NCBI GenBank assembly: GCA_965223155.1
Contig: CBDCVR010000013.1
Location: 992,001 to 1,056,000 of the forward strand
Source: Candidatus Multivoradales bacterium
GTDB taxonomy: Bacteria; Acidobacteriota; Thermoanaerobaculia; Multivoradales; JAHEKO01
Reading direction: 5' to 3'
Length of the DNA: 64,000 nucleotides
The notes below the pieces were generated by a model. The model saw nothing but the letters and a program-made list of their open reading frames with translations, searched no databases and was not told the DNA's origin. The translations under genes and the position numbers were made by a program. Positions 1-8,357 of the stretch are shown here, piece after piece; position 1 is the first letter of the stretch, and every line of letters begins with the position of its first letter.

Positions 1-208
1 CCTCTTCCTGGGGCTCCAGAATCTCGGCCTCCACCTCTTGAGGCGACGCCGAGCGCCAGCCGGTCCAGACCGAGATTTGGGGCCTTTCGATGTCGGGAAA
101 TAGCTGCACCGGCAGCTTGAACAGACTGAAGAGGCCAAAGACCGCGACCACGGCCACTCCGACCAGGACGGCGGCGGGATTTCGAAGCGAGCTCCGGGTG
201 AGGTTCAT
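1..208 (-). CDS. RND efflux permease (AcrB/AcrD/AcrF family), N-terminus only; runs off the window edge
   Basis: Not in the ORF track. Manual translation from ATG at 208 gives MNLTRSSLRNPAAVLVGVAVVAVFGLFSLFKLPVQLFPDIERPQISVWTGWRSASPQEVEAEILEPQEE, a typical AcrB TM1 plus LP..LFP.I..P...GASP.EVE pattern; GGAG upstream. Confidence 0.9.
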   Translation of the reverse strand, partial: MNLTRSSLRNPAAVLVGVAVVAVFGLFSLFKLPVQLFPDIERPQISVWTGWRSASPQEVEAEILEPQEE

Positions 209-603
209 GAAAGAGTCTCCAGGTGTCGGCGGATCGGGGCGGATGTCGATGCGCGCCGCCGAGCGGCCGCATCTCTTGCTACTACGAAGTCTTGGCCTTT
301 GGGTTCGGCGCTTTTCCCTACAATCGTCGGCTTCGGAGACGACCCGATGGCCGTCCTGGGGCCCTATCTCCAGTCCGGAGATCCGCTTGTTCTGCGAGTG
401 CGGCGCGGAACGGCCGAGATCCAGATTACTCTGGTTCCGGAACCTCGGTAGCTCCGGAACCTCGATGGCCCGGGCGCCGGCAGTTCCCGAGCCCGCCGAG
501 CCCGGCGCGCGCAAGCCACCAGACCGAGTGCCGCGAGGCCGCGTCAGCCGCACCGCACAAACGGGTGGGGCGCGCCGGCGGACCGCGTAGCTACAATCCG
601 TCG

Positions 604-2331
604 ATGGCTCCGCCTTCCTCGAGCGGCTCGACTCCGGCCGGCGCGACCGGCCCCACCGGCGCGAGCGGCAGGATCGACGGCGGGCCGGGATCGGCCCACG
701 CCTTCCCGCAGCAGCGACCGGCCGTGGCCCGCTGGCTGGACCGGGCGCTGCAGCCGCTCGACGCGATCTGCAACCGGGTCTACACCTCTGCCTGGAACCC
801 CCTGTACAAGAGCGGCGCCCTGGCGGTGACCTTTCTGTTCCTGACCGTTCTCACCGGGATCTATCTCTTCATCCTCTATCGAGTTGCCGACCCCTACGGT
901 TCGGTCGCTCGCCTCGACGCAACCTGGCCGGGCTCCTTCATGCGTTCGGTCCACCGCTACAGCGCCGACTTGGCAATCGTTGCGGTTGGGTTGCACGCCC
1001 TCAAGATGCTGGCGACAGGCCGCACCTGGGGGCCCCGGGCCCTGGCATGGAGTACCGGCCTCCTGCTCCTAGGTGCGCTTTTCCTGTGCGGATGGACCGG
1101 CCTGGTCATGGCCTGGGACGTCCAGGGCCAGTTGATCGCCGTCGAAGGCGCGAGACTGATCGACCTCCTTCCGGTCTTCTCCGAACCGATCAGCCGGTCG
1201 TTCACTCATGCGGACTCGGTCGGACGGGCGTTCTTCTTCATGAATCTGTTTCTGCACGTGGCCCTGCCCCTGGGGCTCGCCGGCCTCTACTGGCTCCATT
1301 CTTCGCGGGTCGCCCGAGCGCCGACCCTGCCCACCCGCAAGCTCCACTACTACGCGATCGCCGCGGTCTCGCTTCTGGCCCTGGCGGTGCCGGTGCCGCT
1401 GCCGCCGCCGGCCGATCTCCTGGCGCTTCCGACCGCGGTCCCTCTGGACCTCTTCTACGCCTTCTGGCTGCCGCTGGCGCGCAACGTCTCGGCACCGATG
1501 CACCTGCTGCTCTGGCTGGCGGTTGCCGCCGTCGCCTTCTCGGTTCCTTGGTGGTGGCGTCCGTCCCGACGCGATTTTCCGCGGTCAACCGTGGACGAGA
1601 GCCACTGCGCCGGCTGCACCCAGTGCTATCTAGACTGCCCGTACGAGGCGATCAACATGGTCGAGCGCAGCGTGCCCTCGGATCTGTCGGTCTACGTCGC
1701 CCAGGTCGATCCGGCCCTGTGCGTGGGATGCGGCATCTGCTCGGGATCCTGCGCGCCGATGGGCGTCGGGCCGGTCGGGCGCACGGGGCGTGAGCAGCTC
1801 CGCGACGCCGAGGCCTGGCTGGAGACGCAGCGGGCGCAGAGTCCGCTTCCCGAGCGCCTGGTCGTGATCGGCTGCGGCTACGGACCGGGTGGGGCGCTGA
1901 GCGACCTCACGGACGATGACGGCATCGACGACGACGTGCTGTTCTTTCCGAGCGGCTGCGCCGGCTCGGTTCACACCTCGGTCATCGAACTGATTCTGCG
2001 CTGGGGCGCCGGCGGGGTCCTCCTCGTCACCTGTCCCGACCGGGACTGCCGCTACCGCGAAGGCCCCAAGTGGCTGAGCGAGCGCGTCTACGACGACCGC
2101 GAAGCCGAGCTCAAGAACCGCGTCGACAAACGGCGGGTTCGGATCGTGAGCTACGCCGCCAGCGAGGCGGGCGCGGCGCGGCGGGCGATCGCTGAGTTTC
2201 AGGTCGACTTGGCCTCCCTGGGGTCGGTCGTTCCCGAACGGAATCCGTCGGTGCAAGCCGAGTGCAAGACCACCGACGCCTACGCCCTCCTGGAGGAAGC
2301 GGAAAAGGCCCAGAAGGAGGTCCACGCCTGA
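604..2331 (+). CDS. Cytochrome b/b6-like membrane domain + 2x[4Fe-4S] ferredoxin + MvhD/FlpD-like [2Fe-2S] domain fusion
   Basis: Two His pairs 14 residues apart (SVHRYSADLAIVAVGLH; FLHVALPLGLAGLYWLH); CAGCTQCYLDCP and CVGCGICSGSC; C-terminal IGC..CAGSVH..GVLLVTCPDRDCRYREG. Start moved from 223 to ATG 604, which has TACAAT 6 nt upstream. Confidence 0.85.
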   Translation: MAPPSSSGSTPAGATGPTGASGRIDGGPGSAHAFPQQRPAVARWLDRALQPLDAICNRVYTSAWNPLYKSGALAVTFLFLTVLTGIYLFILYRVADPYGSVARLDATWPGSFMRSVHRYSADLAIVAVGLHALKMLATGRTWGPRALAWSTGLLLLGALFLCGWTGLVMAWDVQGQLIAVEGARLIDLLPVFSEPISRSFTHADSVGRAFFFMNLFLHVALPLGLAGLYWLHSSRVARAPTLPTRKLHYYAIAAVSLLALAVPVPLPPPADLLALPTAVPLDLFYAFWLPLARNVSAPMHLLLWLAVAAVAFSVPWWWRPSRRDFPRSTVDESHCAGCTQCYLDCPYEAINMVERSVPSDLSVYVAQVDPALCVGCGICSGSCAPMGVGPVGRTGREQLRDAEAWLETQRAQSPLPERLVVIGCGYGPGGALSDLTDDDGIDDDVLFFPSGCAGSVHTSVIELILRWGAGGVLLVTCPDRDCRYREGPKWLSERVYDDREAELKNRVDKRRVRIVSYAASEAGAARRAIAEFQVDLASLGSVVPERNPSVQAECKTTDAYALLEEAEKAQKEVHA

Positions 2332-2867
2332 TGGCGGACGCGTCCCCTTCGGCCGGACGCCGGCTGCTGTGGCACTTGATCGCCGCGGCCTGGACCGCGG
2401 TGCTGCTGGCCGCCGTCGTCGTCCTGGGACAGATCCCGATGGGGAAGCCGAGTGGCGAAGCCGTGCTGCGTCTCGCCCTGCGCACGGTCCAGGCCAAGAT
2501 CGAGGTTTGCCGCCAGCTCTCCGCCGAGGAGATCGCCGCTCTGCCCCAGCACATGCGCCGCGAGGAGACCTGCGAGCAAGTCTCGCCGCCCTACCGCCTG
2601 CTCGTCGCCATCGACGGCGAGACCGTGATCGACGAGCGCTTCGAAGCCGGCGGCATGCGCCGTGACCGTCCGCTCATCGTGGACCGCCAGATTCGCTGGC
2701 GTCCGGGACCGGCGGCGGCCGACATCACCTTCCGACCCGAGCTCGAATCCGCCGAGGCAGCGGAACTGCCGAGCTACCGGCTCGCCCGCAGCCTCGAGCT
2801 GACCGCGGACCGGATCACGCTCGTCACCCTGGACGAGGCCAACCGCTCGTTTACGGTTCTCGACTAG
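2331..2867 (+). CDS. Membrane-anchored hypothetical protein, coupled to the cytochrome b fusion
   Basis: TGATG stop/start overlap at 2329-2333; N-terminal TM helix; two Cys flanking LPQHMRR. Confidence 0.75.
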   Translation: MADASPSAGRRLLWHLIAAAWTAVLLAAVVVLGQIPMGKPSGEAVLRLALRTVQAKIEVCRQLSAEEIAALPQHMRREETCEQVSPPYRLLVAIDGETVIDERFEAGGMRRDRPLIVDRQIRWRPGPAAADITFRPELESAEAAELPSYRLARSLELTADRITLVTLDEANRSFTVLD

Positions 2868-2870
2868 AGC

Positions 2871-3815
2871 TTAGCCCGCGGCTTCGGCCTCGGCACGGTC
2901 GAGGCGTTCGACCGCTTCGACCACCCAGGAGATCGGCGGGCCGTTGAACGTGTAGCCGATCGTCCCATCGGACGCGAGAACATGCACCAGGGCCGGGTGC
3001 GCGACGTCTCCGGTTTGCGGATCCCGCTCATGCGGCATCTCCCAGGCGTCGAGCACCGCCACCACGTCGTCCACCTCGCCCGAGAGCACATGGCTGCGCT
3101 CCACGTCCGCGAGCTGCCATGCTTGGTGAAGGCTCGGCAGCGAGCTGGGCGTGTCCCGCCAGGGATCCAGGGTGAGGACGACTACGGCGGGCGCTCCGGC
3201 TCCTCCAGGCCGAGTGCCTGCAGACGAGCCTTCTGTCATCTCGAGCGCCGCCTGCCGCACCGTGTTGACCACGACCGGACACACGGTCCGGCAGTGCGCG
3301 AACGCAAACGTGACCAGAGCCGGCCGACCCTCGAGGTCTTGGAGCGAGACCCGGCGGCCGGCCTGGTCGACCAGATCGAAATCAGGCGCCGGTTTGTGGA
3401 GACGCGGATAGGTTTCTGGAAGATGTTCCGGCAGCCCGGAGTCGAGGCGCACGACCTCGAGCCGGGACGCGGCCCAGACTCGATGGCCGACCCAGCCGAC
3501 GCCAAGCGCCACCAGGATCGCCACCGCCACCAAGCCACCGCGCCCGACCGGGCCTCGCCACATCCGGGCCAACCCCTGCCGCAACTGCTGGCCCCAGACC
3601 CCGAGGAGGAACCCCAGCATCGCCAGGGGACTGGCGATGAGGGTCGCCCATCCCCAGGGCTCGGGCAGGCCGTTGGGCTGCGTGCCGAAGCACACGTTCC
3701 GGGCCTCGGCCAGCCAGTCGGGCGGCACCGGCAACGGGGCGAACGCGAGCGCCCACCACATCGCCGTGATCGCCAGCCAGGCCAGAAAGGCACCGACCGC
3801 GAACCTTGAAGTCAT
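2871..3815 (-). CDS. SCO/SenC family copper chaperone with N-terminal membrane domain
   Basis: PAPDFDLVDQAG, FAFAHCRTVCP (CxxxC), TLDPWRDTP and a distal His (VAHPALV); lies downstream of a CuA subunit gene. Confidence 0.9.
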   Translation of the reverse strand: MTSRFAVGAFLAWLAITAMWWALAFAPLPVPPDWLAEARNVCFGTQPNGLPEPWGWATLIASPLAMLGFLLGVWGQQLRQGLARMWRGPVGRGGLVAVAILVALGVGWVGHRVWAASRLEVVRLDSGLPEHLPETYPRLHKPAPDFDLVDQAGRRVSLQDLEGRPALVTFAFAHCRTVCPVVVNTVRQAALEMTEGSSAGTRPGGAGAPAVVVLTLDPWRDTPSSLPSLHQAWQLADVERSHVLSGEVDDVVAVLDAWEMPHERDPQTGDVAHPALVHVLASDGTIGYTFNGPPISWVVEAVERLDRAEAEAAG

Positions 3816-3837
3816 GCTTCCGAGACTCCGACCTCCG

Positions 3838-5556
3838 TCAGCCGATCTTCCAGATCATGGAAAGAAGCTTCCAGTTGGTGAAGTAGTAGAGCATGAAGAC
3901 GCCCAGGAAGACGAGAACCAACACTACCGTGCCGGGTGTGCCCTGCTTATGCACGGCTTCGGCCTCCTCGCCATCGTTGACCTGCGGCGGCAGCTTGACG
4001 ACGCCTTGCGGCACGCCGGCCATGCCCGGCGTCAGCGCTTCGAAGTCGACCTTCTGTCCGAAGAACACCGAGACCACCGCGATCGCGACGAACGCGAGAG
4101 CGGCCAGAGCCGCTAGCACGCCTCCCAGGCCGACACCGGCCAGCAGCAGGTCCACGGCGGGTGGGAACTCGTGCTGGAACGGAGCATTCGCAAACGAGAT
4201 GTCCCAATGCCTCCGGGGAGTCCCGAAGATGCCGGCGAATGTCATGCTCATCGCCATCACCGTGATCCCGACACCGAAGAGATACGGCTGGATCTTGGCG
4301 AGGCGCCAGAAGGCCACCTTGCGCCGGAAGATGAGCGGGATGACGTAGTAGGTCAGCGCCATGAACGCCAGCGCCGTTCCGCCCACGACCGTAACGTGGA
4401 AGTGGCCCGGGATGCGCATGGTGTTGTGCGCGATGATGTTGATCTGCTCGGTACCGATGGTGACGCCGGTGATTCCGCCCAGAAACCCGAAGATCACCAG
4501 GGACAGGAACATGCCGCTGAACCCGGGATCGCTCCACGGAGCCTTCTTCAGCCACTCGAAGCGGCCCTTGACGAAGCCCCGAAGGCGCTGGCCGACCTCG
4601 ATACCGGCCGGCACCGTAAAACCGTGGATCATGCTGGCCAAGACCGCAAGGTACATAGCGTAGCTGGTGTTCCAGACCTTCCAGGCCGGGCCCATGCCGG
4701 GATCGACCAGCAGGTGGTGCGCGGAAGCCATCGAGATGAACCCGACGTAGAGTACAAATGCCCAGCGGCTCACCTTCTCGTTGAGCACCACGGCGCCAAC
4801 CGTCAGGCCGCCCAACAGGTACCAGACGGCGACCATGGCCGCGACGTTGATCTGTTGCGACGAGTGTCCCAGGCCCCACCAAATCAATCGGTAGACCTGA
4901 GGATCCATGTCCATCATGCCCAGAGACCAGAAGTAGGTCGGGATGTAGACGATCGCTCCGTGCAGCAGCGTGATGACCGCGATGATGGCGGCGGTCAGGC
5001 CGCCGAAGGTCACGAGCGGCATCGAACCTTCATAGGTTTGCTCGCGCTTGGCGACCACCAGGGTGGCGAAGAACAAGCCGACCACGATCAGGGCGCCCAC
5101 GGCGAACAGGATGATGCCTAGGTAGTAGAGCGGATCGGCCCGGAGCGGCACGTACGAGGTGAAGAGCACGTCGGCCTTGCCCATGAAGACCATGGCGTTG
5201 ACCATGACCATGCCGACGACCATCAAAACGAAGCCCGCCCAGCCCAGCTTCGGAGCCGGCTGGCGCGCGTTGAGCGCGATCGGTCCGGCGAAGTACAGAA
5301 TCGCCATCTCGAAGAAGATGATGAAAAAAATCAGCATGTTGAGGCCGTGCGCGGTCAGCAGCCGGTAGTACCAGTCGGCCGGCAGCAGATGAACCGCCTG
5401 CCAGCGCGTGAGCGCCAGCAGCATCGCCGCGACCGCTCCGACCAGGAGCGAGACGATGGCGACCACGGCGTTGATCTTGAGCAGATTCTCGGCGTCACGA
5501 TTGACGTTGAGCCCGGTCACCGGGCAGCGGCGAAAGATCGCGTCGGCAAAGCTCAT
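3838..5556 (-). CDS. Heme-copper oxidase superfamily subunit I, B-family-derived, probable eNOR-type nitric oxide reductase
   Basis: Six metal-ligand His (LTAHG; GLGHSSQQ; SAHHL; PGHFH) and many TM helices; the H+4 cross-link Tyr position is Gln. Confidence 0.85.
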   Translation of the reverse strand: MSFADAIFRRCPVTGLNVNRDAENLLKINAVVAIVSLLVGAVAAMLLALTRWQAVHLLPADWYYRLLTAHGLNMLIFFIIFFEMAILYFAGPIALNARQPAPKLGWAGFVLMVVGMVMVNAMVFMGKADVLFTSYVPLRADPLYYLGIILFAVGALIVVGLFFATLVVAKREQTYEGSMPLVTFGGLTAAIIAVITLLHGAIVYIPTYFWSLGMMDMDPQVYRLIWWGLGHSSQQINVAAMVAVWYLLGGLTVGAVVLNEKVSRWAFVLYVGFISMASAHHLLVDPGMGPAWKVWNTSYAMYLAVLASMIHGFTVPAGIEVGQRLRGFVKGRFEWLKKAPWSDPGFSGMFLSLVIFGFLGGITGVTIGTEQINIIAHNTMRIPGHFHVTVVGGTALAFMALTYYVIPLIFRRKVAFWRLAKIQPYLFGVGITVMAMSMTFAGIFGTPRRHWDISFANAPFQHEFPPAVDLLLAGVGLGGVLAALAALAFVAIAVVSVFFGQKVDFEALTPGMAGVPQGVVKLPPQVNDGEEAEAVHKQGTPGTVVLVLVFLGVFMLYYFTNWKLLSMIWKIG

Positions 5557-6161
5557 GAGGATTCTCCTTGGCGATTGGCCTCGCGATTCGTCGCCGCCGG
5601 GCGGGCCGCGGTCGCGGATCCGGCGGGCTCGATCACGATCTTGCCCAGCATCAGATGGTGGTTGATGCCGCAGAACTCGTTGCAGATGACCTTGTAGTCA
5701 CCGGGCTGGTTGGGCGTGATCTTGAGCCCGTAGTCGTATCCGGGGACGATCTGAAAATTGACGTTGGCCGGATAGAGACTGAAGCCGTGGTTGACGTCGA
5801 GCGATGAGATATGAAGCGTGTAGTCGGCGCCTTCTTCCAGTACCAGGACCGGGGACCACTTCCACATCGTGCCCTGGAGATAGATGTCGCTTCCGGCCGG
5901 CGGCTTGACGACGGGAATTCCGCTTTCCTCGCCGACCTGGTAGTCGTTGATGAAGCGCTGGACCCGTTCCGCGAACGCCTTGGGCTCGACCTTCGAGCGA
6001 ATGCCGGACGGGTTCTGCCCGCCCTTGATGTGCCAGAAGGGCATCGCCGCGAACAGAACCATGCACCAGATAAAGGCGACGACGATCCAGAACCTTTCTT
6101 GCTTGCCGGCAGGCTTCCACCAGACTCCCTTGGGCGGGACGACCGCGGTATGGAGACTCAT
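5553..6161 (-). CDS. Heme-copper oxidase subunit II with CuA centre
   Basis: SSLDVNHGF and CNEFCGINHHLM CuA motif; one TM helix; ATGA overlaps with both neighbours; start set at MSLHTAV (6161). Confidence 0.92.
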   Translation of the reverse strand: MSLHTAVVPPKGVWWKPAGKQERFWIVVAFIWCMVLFAAMPFWHIKGGQNPSGIRSKVEPKAFAERVQRFINDYQVGEESGIPVVKPPAGSDIYLQGTMWKWSPVLVLEEGADYTLHISSLDVNHGFSLYPANVNFQIVPGYDYGLKITPNQPGDYKVICNEFCGINHHLMLGKIVIEPAGSATAARPAATNREANRQGESS

Positions 6162-6301
6162 GGCAGGGGCGCCTCGGGCAGGTTCGCGACCTCCCACAGA
6201 CCCCAGCCGGTGTAGAACAGAAACATCACTACCAAGCCGAGAAGCAGCAGCAGGAACGGCCGGTCGAATAGTCGCTGGCCGAGCGGAGCTTCTTCCTTCA
6301 T
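6158..6301 (-). CDS. 47-aa single-TM small subunit (subunit IIa-like), first gene of the oxidase operon
   Basis: Below the ORF-track cutoff. MKEEAPLGQRLFDRPFLLLLLGLVVMFLFYTGWGLWEVANLPEAPLP; GGAGG RBS; its TGA overlaps the subunit II ATG. Confidence 0.8.
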   Translation of the reverse strand: MKEEAPLGQRLFDRPFLLLLLGLVVMFLFYTGWGLWEVANLPEAPLP

Positions 6302-6456
6302 GAAACCTCCTTCCGGGTTCGCATCACGGCGCCGGGTCCGCGCTCACCGCGCCGCCCGCGCCCGGGCTTTGTTCTGGCGCCTCAATATGCCCGAAACCGC
6401 AACCGAGCGAACCATCCGTTGGGGTGGGGCTCCGTTTTGGCCTAGATCGCCCGGAC

Positions 6457-7050
6457 CTAGATCGCCCCGCCCCGCCAATCCTCGATCACCTCGGCCTTGA
6501 GCGCCCACTCACTACCGGGGAAGCGGCGCCGGAGGTCGTTCCAGGCGTCGGCCAGCGCCTGGATGTCGCGGCGGCCGGCCAGGAAGCGGGCGACCCCCAG
6601 CCAGCACGCAGCCTCGGGAGCCGCCGGAGCCTCGGCATGATCCGCCACCACCGAGCCCAGAAGCCCTTGGGCGTCCTCGGCCGCGCGGCGGGTGATGGCG
6701 TAGATGCCCCGGGCGGTCCGAAGCTCGGCCACGAAATCCGCCGGCGGCAGCCAGCCCACCGACCGGCGGCGCGCTCGACCCTTGCCGTCGAGGTACACGA
6801 ACGTGGGCGCCCACGGTACCGGAGCCCCGCCGCTCGCCTCGACGAAGTCCGGGTGGCGCTCGGTCAGGTTCGCCTTGAAACAGGCGAAACCCTCCTCCAG
6901 CTCCGCCTCGACCTCCGGATGTGGATACGTCACGGTATCCATGCGCCGGCACCCGAGTCAGCCAGGCGCCCAGAGATAGGCGAGAACAAGGGCGTCATCG
7001 GCCGCGGCCGCCTGCGCGGCCTCGAGGTACTCGTGCCAGTCAACCGGCAT
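6457..7050 (-). CDS. Thioredoxin-fold selenoprotein (UxxC) with C-terminal TPR-like helices
   Basis: Reading through the in-frame TGA at 6958-6960 gives MPVDWHEYLEAAQAAAADDALVLAYLWAPG-U-LGCRRMDTVTYP...WAPTFVYLDG, with Sec in the first CxxC position; a hairpin follows the TGA. Confidence 0.85.
6915..6949 (-). promoter_or_regulatory. Bacterial SECIS-like hairpin
   Basis: mRNA CCGG-CGCA-UGGAUAC-[CGUGAC]-GUAUCCA-CAU-CCGG; 7-bp perfect upper stem; apical loop begins 23 nt after UGA with G at loop position 2. Confidence 0.75.
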
Positions 7051-7158
7051 TCCACTATTGTACCGAGGCTCTTGGACACCAGGCCCACCCAACTACCGCT
7101 CACTGGAGAGGCGACGGGTGCCCAACGGCACCCGTCGCACTCCAATTGGCCTTCTGTC

Positions 7159-8178
7159 CTAGCTTCCGATCAGGTCGATCGCCGTCTGCGCCGTCGCTAT
7201 CAAGGTGTCGGCATCCGCTTCCGCGATCGCGCCTCCGCGTTGCGCCTGGACCGCGTTGATAAACGCCTCGAGACTTCCGATAGCGGCCACATCGTTGTGG
7301 GTATTCAGATCTTCGAGCGCCTTCAGGGCCGCATCGAGCTTCGCATCGAGGCTGTTGGCGATCCCCTGGCTGAGGTTCAGACCAATGATATCGGCGACGA
7401 GCTGAGCAACCAGGTCGGACGCAGTGCCACATGCCGGGATTCCGGCGACACCGCGATCGTAGAGATCGGTGACTTCGGAGGCGGTCAGTGCCGTGTCGTA
7501 GACGACAATCTCGTCCAAGTGGCCGCTGTAGTACGACGAGCAACTGTCCCATCCAAGCTGGACCATCTGGAGCTCGTCGTTGATGAGTCCACCGTAGATC
7601 GGCACCACCGAATCCACCAGAACACCATCGACGTAGAAGTCGACCGAATCCGTGGTGTAGGTTGCAGCCACGTGCTTCCACTCACCAAACGGAAACGGCG
7701 CGAACGAGCTAGAGACTTCATCTTCGGTGACCGGTGGATCCGCCCACTTGCTGAAGTAGAGCTCCTCAGAGAACAGGTGTGCGTACAACTGAAAGTTCCC
7801 CGCGTTGCAGTACGTTCTTGCCGTGATGACGGCGCCCAGCCCGTCCCCCACAGGGCCGGCCGGCCCACGATAGACCCACGCCGCAATGGACATCTGGTCG
7901 CCTCCGAAGTCCGTCAACGCGGCGTGAGCTCCCACGTCGACGTACGATCCGTCACCGCCCAGGCCCATGGCTTGGCCCACGGGACCCGAGCCATACGACA
8001 CCGAGCCGATGGGCGTGCCGGCAATGCCGTTCACCATCTCGGTGGTGTCACCATCGAGCGGCCAATAGCCCACGACGTTGGCGTCGCACTGATTCGCAAT
8101 CGCCAATTGCGGTGTCATCAAGAGCACGGCCGCCACACCCGATGCAACAAGTCCTCTCACTGCCAGTCCTCGATTCAT
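7159..8178 (-). CDS. Secreted LamG (concanavalin A-like) domain protein with C-terminal FIMAH-like helical domain
   Basis: Signal peptide; VGYWPLDG..SIAAWV..WKHVAATY..YVDG..GHLDEIVVYDTALTASEV; C-terminal SLDAKLDAA..LEAFINAVQAQRG. Start reassigned to 8178 (GAGGAG RBS). Confidence 0.8.
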   Translation of the reverse strand: MNRGLAVRGLVASGVAAVLLMTPQLAIANQCDANVVGYWPLDGDTTEMVNGIAGTPIGSVSYGSGPVGQAMGLGGDGSYVDVGAHAALTDFGGDQMSIAAWVYRGPAGPVGDGLGAVITARTYCNAGNFQLYAHLFSEELYFSKWADPPVTEDEVSSSFAPFPFGEWKHVAATYTTDSVDFYVDGVLVDSVVPIYGGLINDELQMVQLGWDSCSSYYSGHLDEIVVYDTALTASEVTDLYDRGVAGIPACGTASDLVAQLVADIIGLNLSQGIANSLDAKLDAALKALEDLNTHNDVAAIGSLEAFINAVQAQRGGAIAEADADTLIATAQTAIDLIGS

Positions 8179-8357
8179 TTCTAGCTCCTCTCTCGTTTCA
8201 ATCCCATCGCCTCTCTTGCTCAAGGCGCCTAGCTTCGTCAGTGAGACGGACGCTGGCTTTCGATTTCGCGACCCGACGCTGTACCAACTGCAAGCGATGC
8301 CATTCCGAGGCTGTAGGCACGGCCACCACCCACGCTCGACTCCGATAGGCTCGAAGC

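Noticed and set aside
223-603. N-terminal extension of the 702-aa ORF
   Set aside because: Low-complexity Arg/Pro/Ser translation of intergenic DNA; ATG 604 has a correctly spaced -10 box.
6372-6385. Possible FNR/DNR/NnrR box upstream of the oxidase operon (TTGAGGCGCCAGAA on the - strand)
   Set aside because: Only one half-site resembles TTGAT-N4-ATCAA; too weak to call.
6441-6467. 12-bp direct repeat CCTAGATCGCCC at the end of the selenoprotein gene
   Set aside because: Only two copies with a 3-nt spacer; a local duplication, not a CRISPR or att site I can support.
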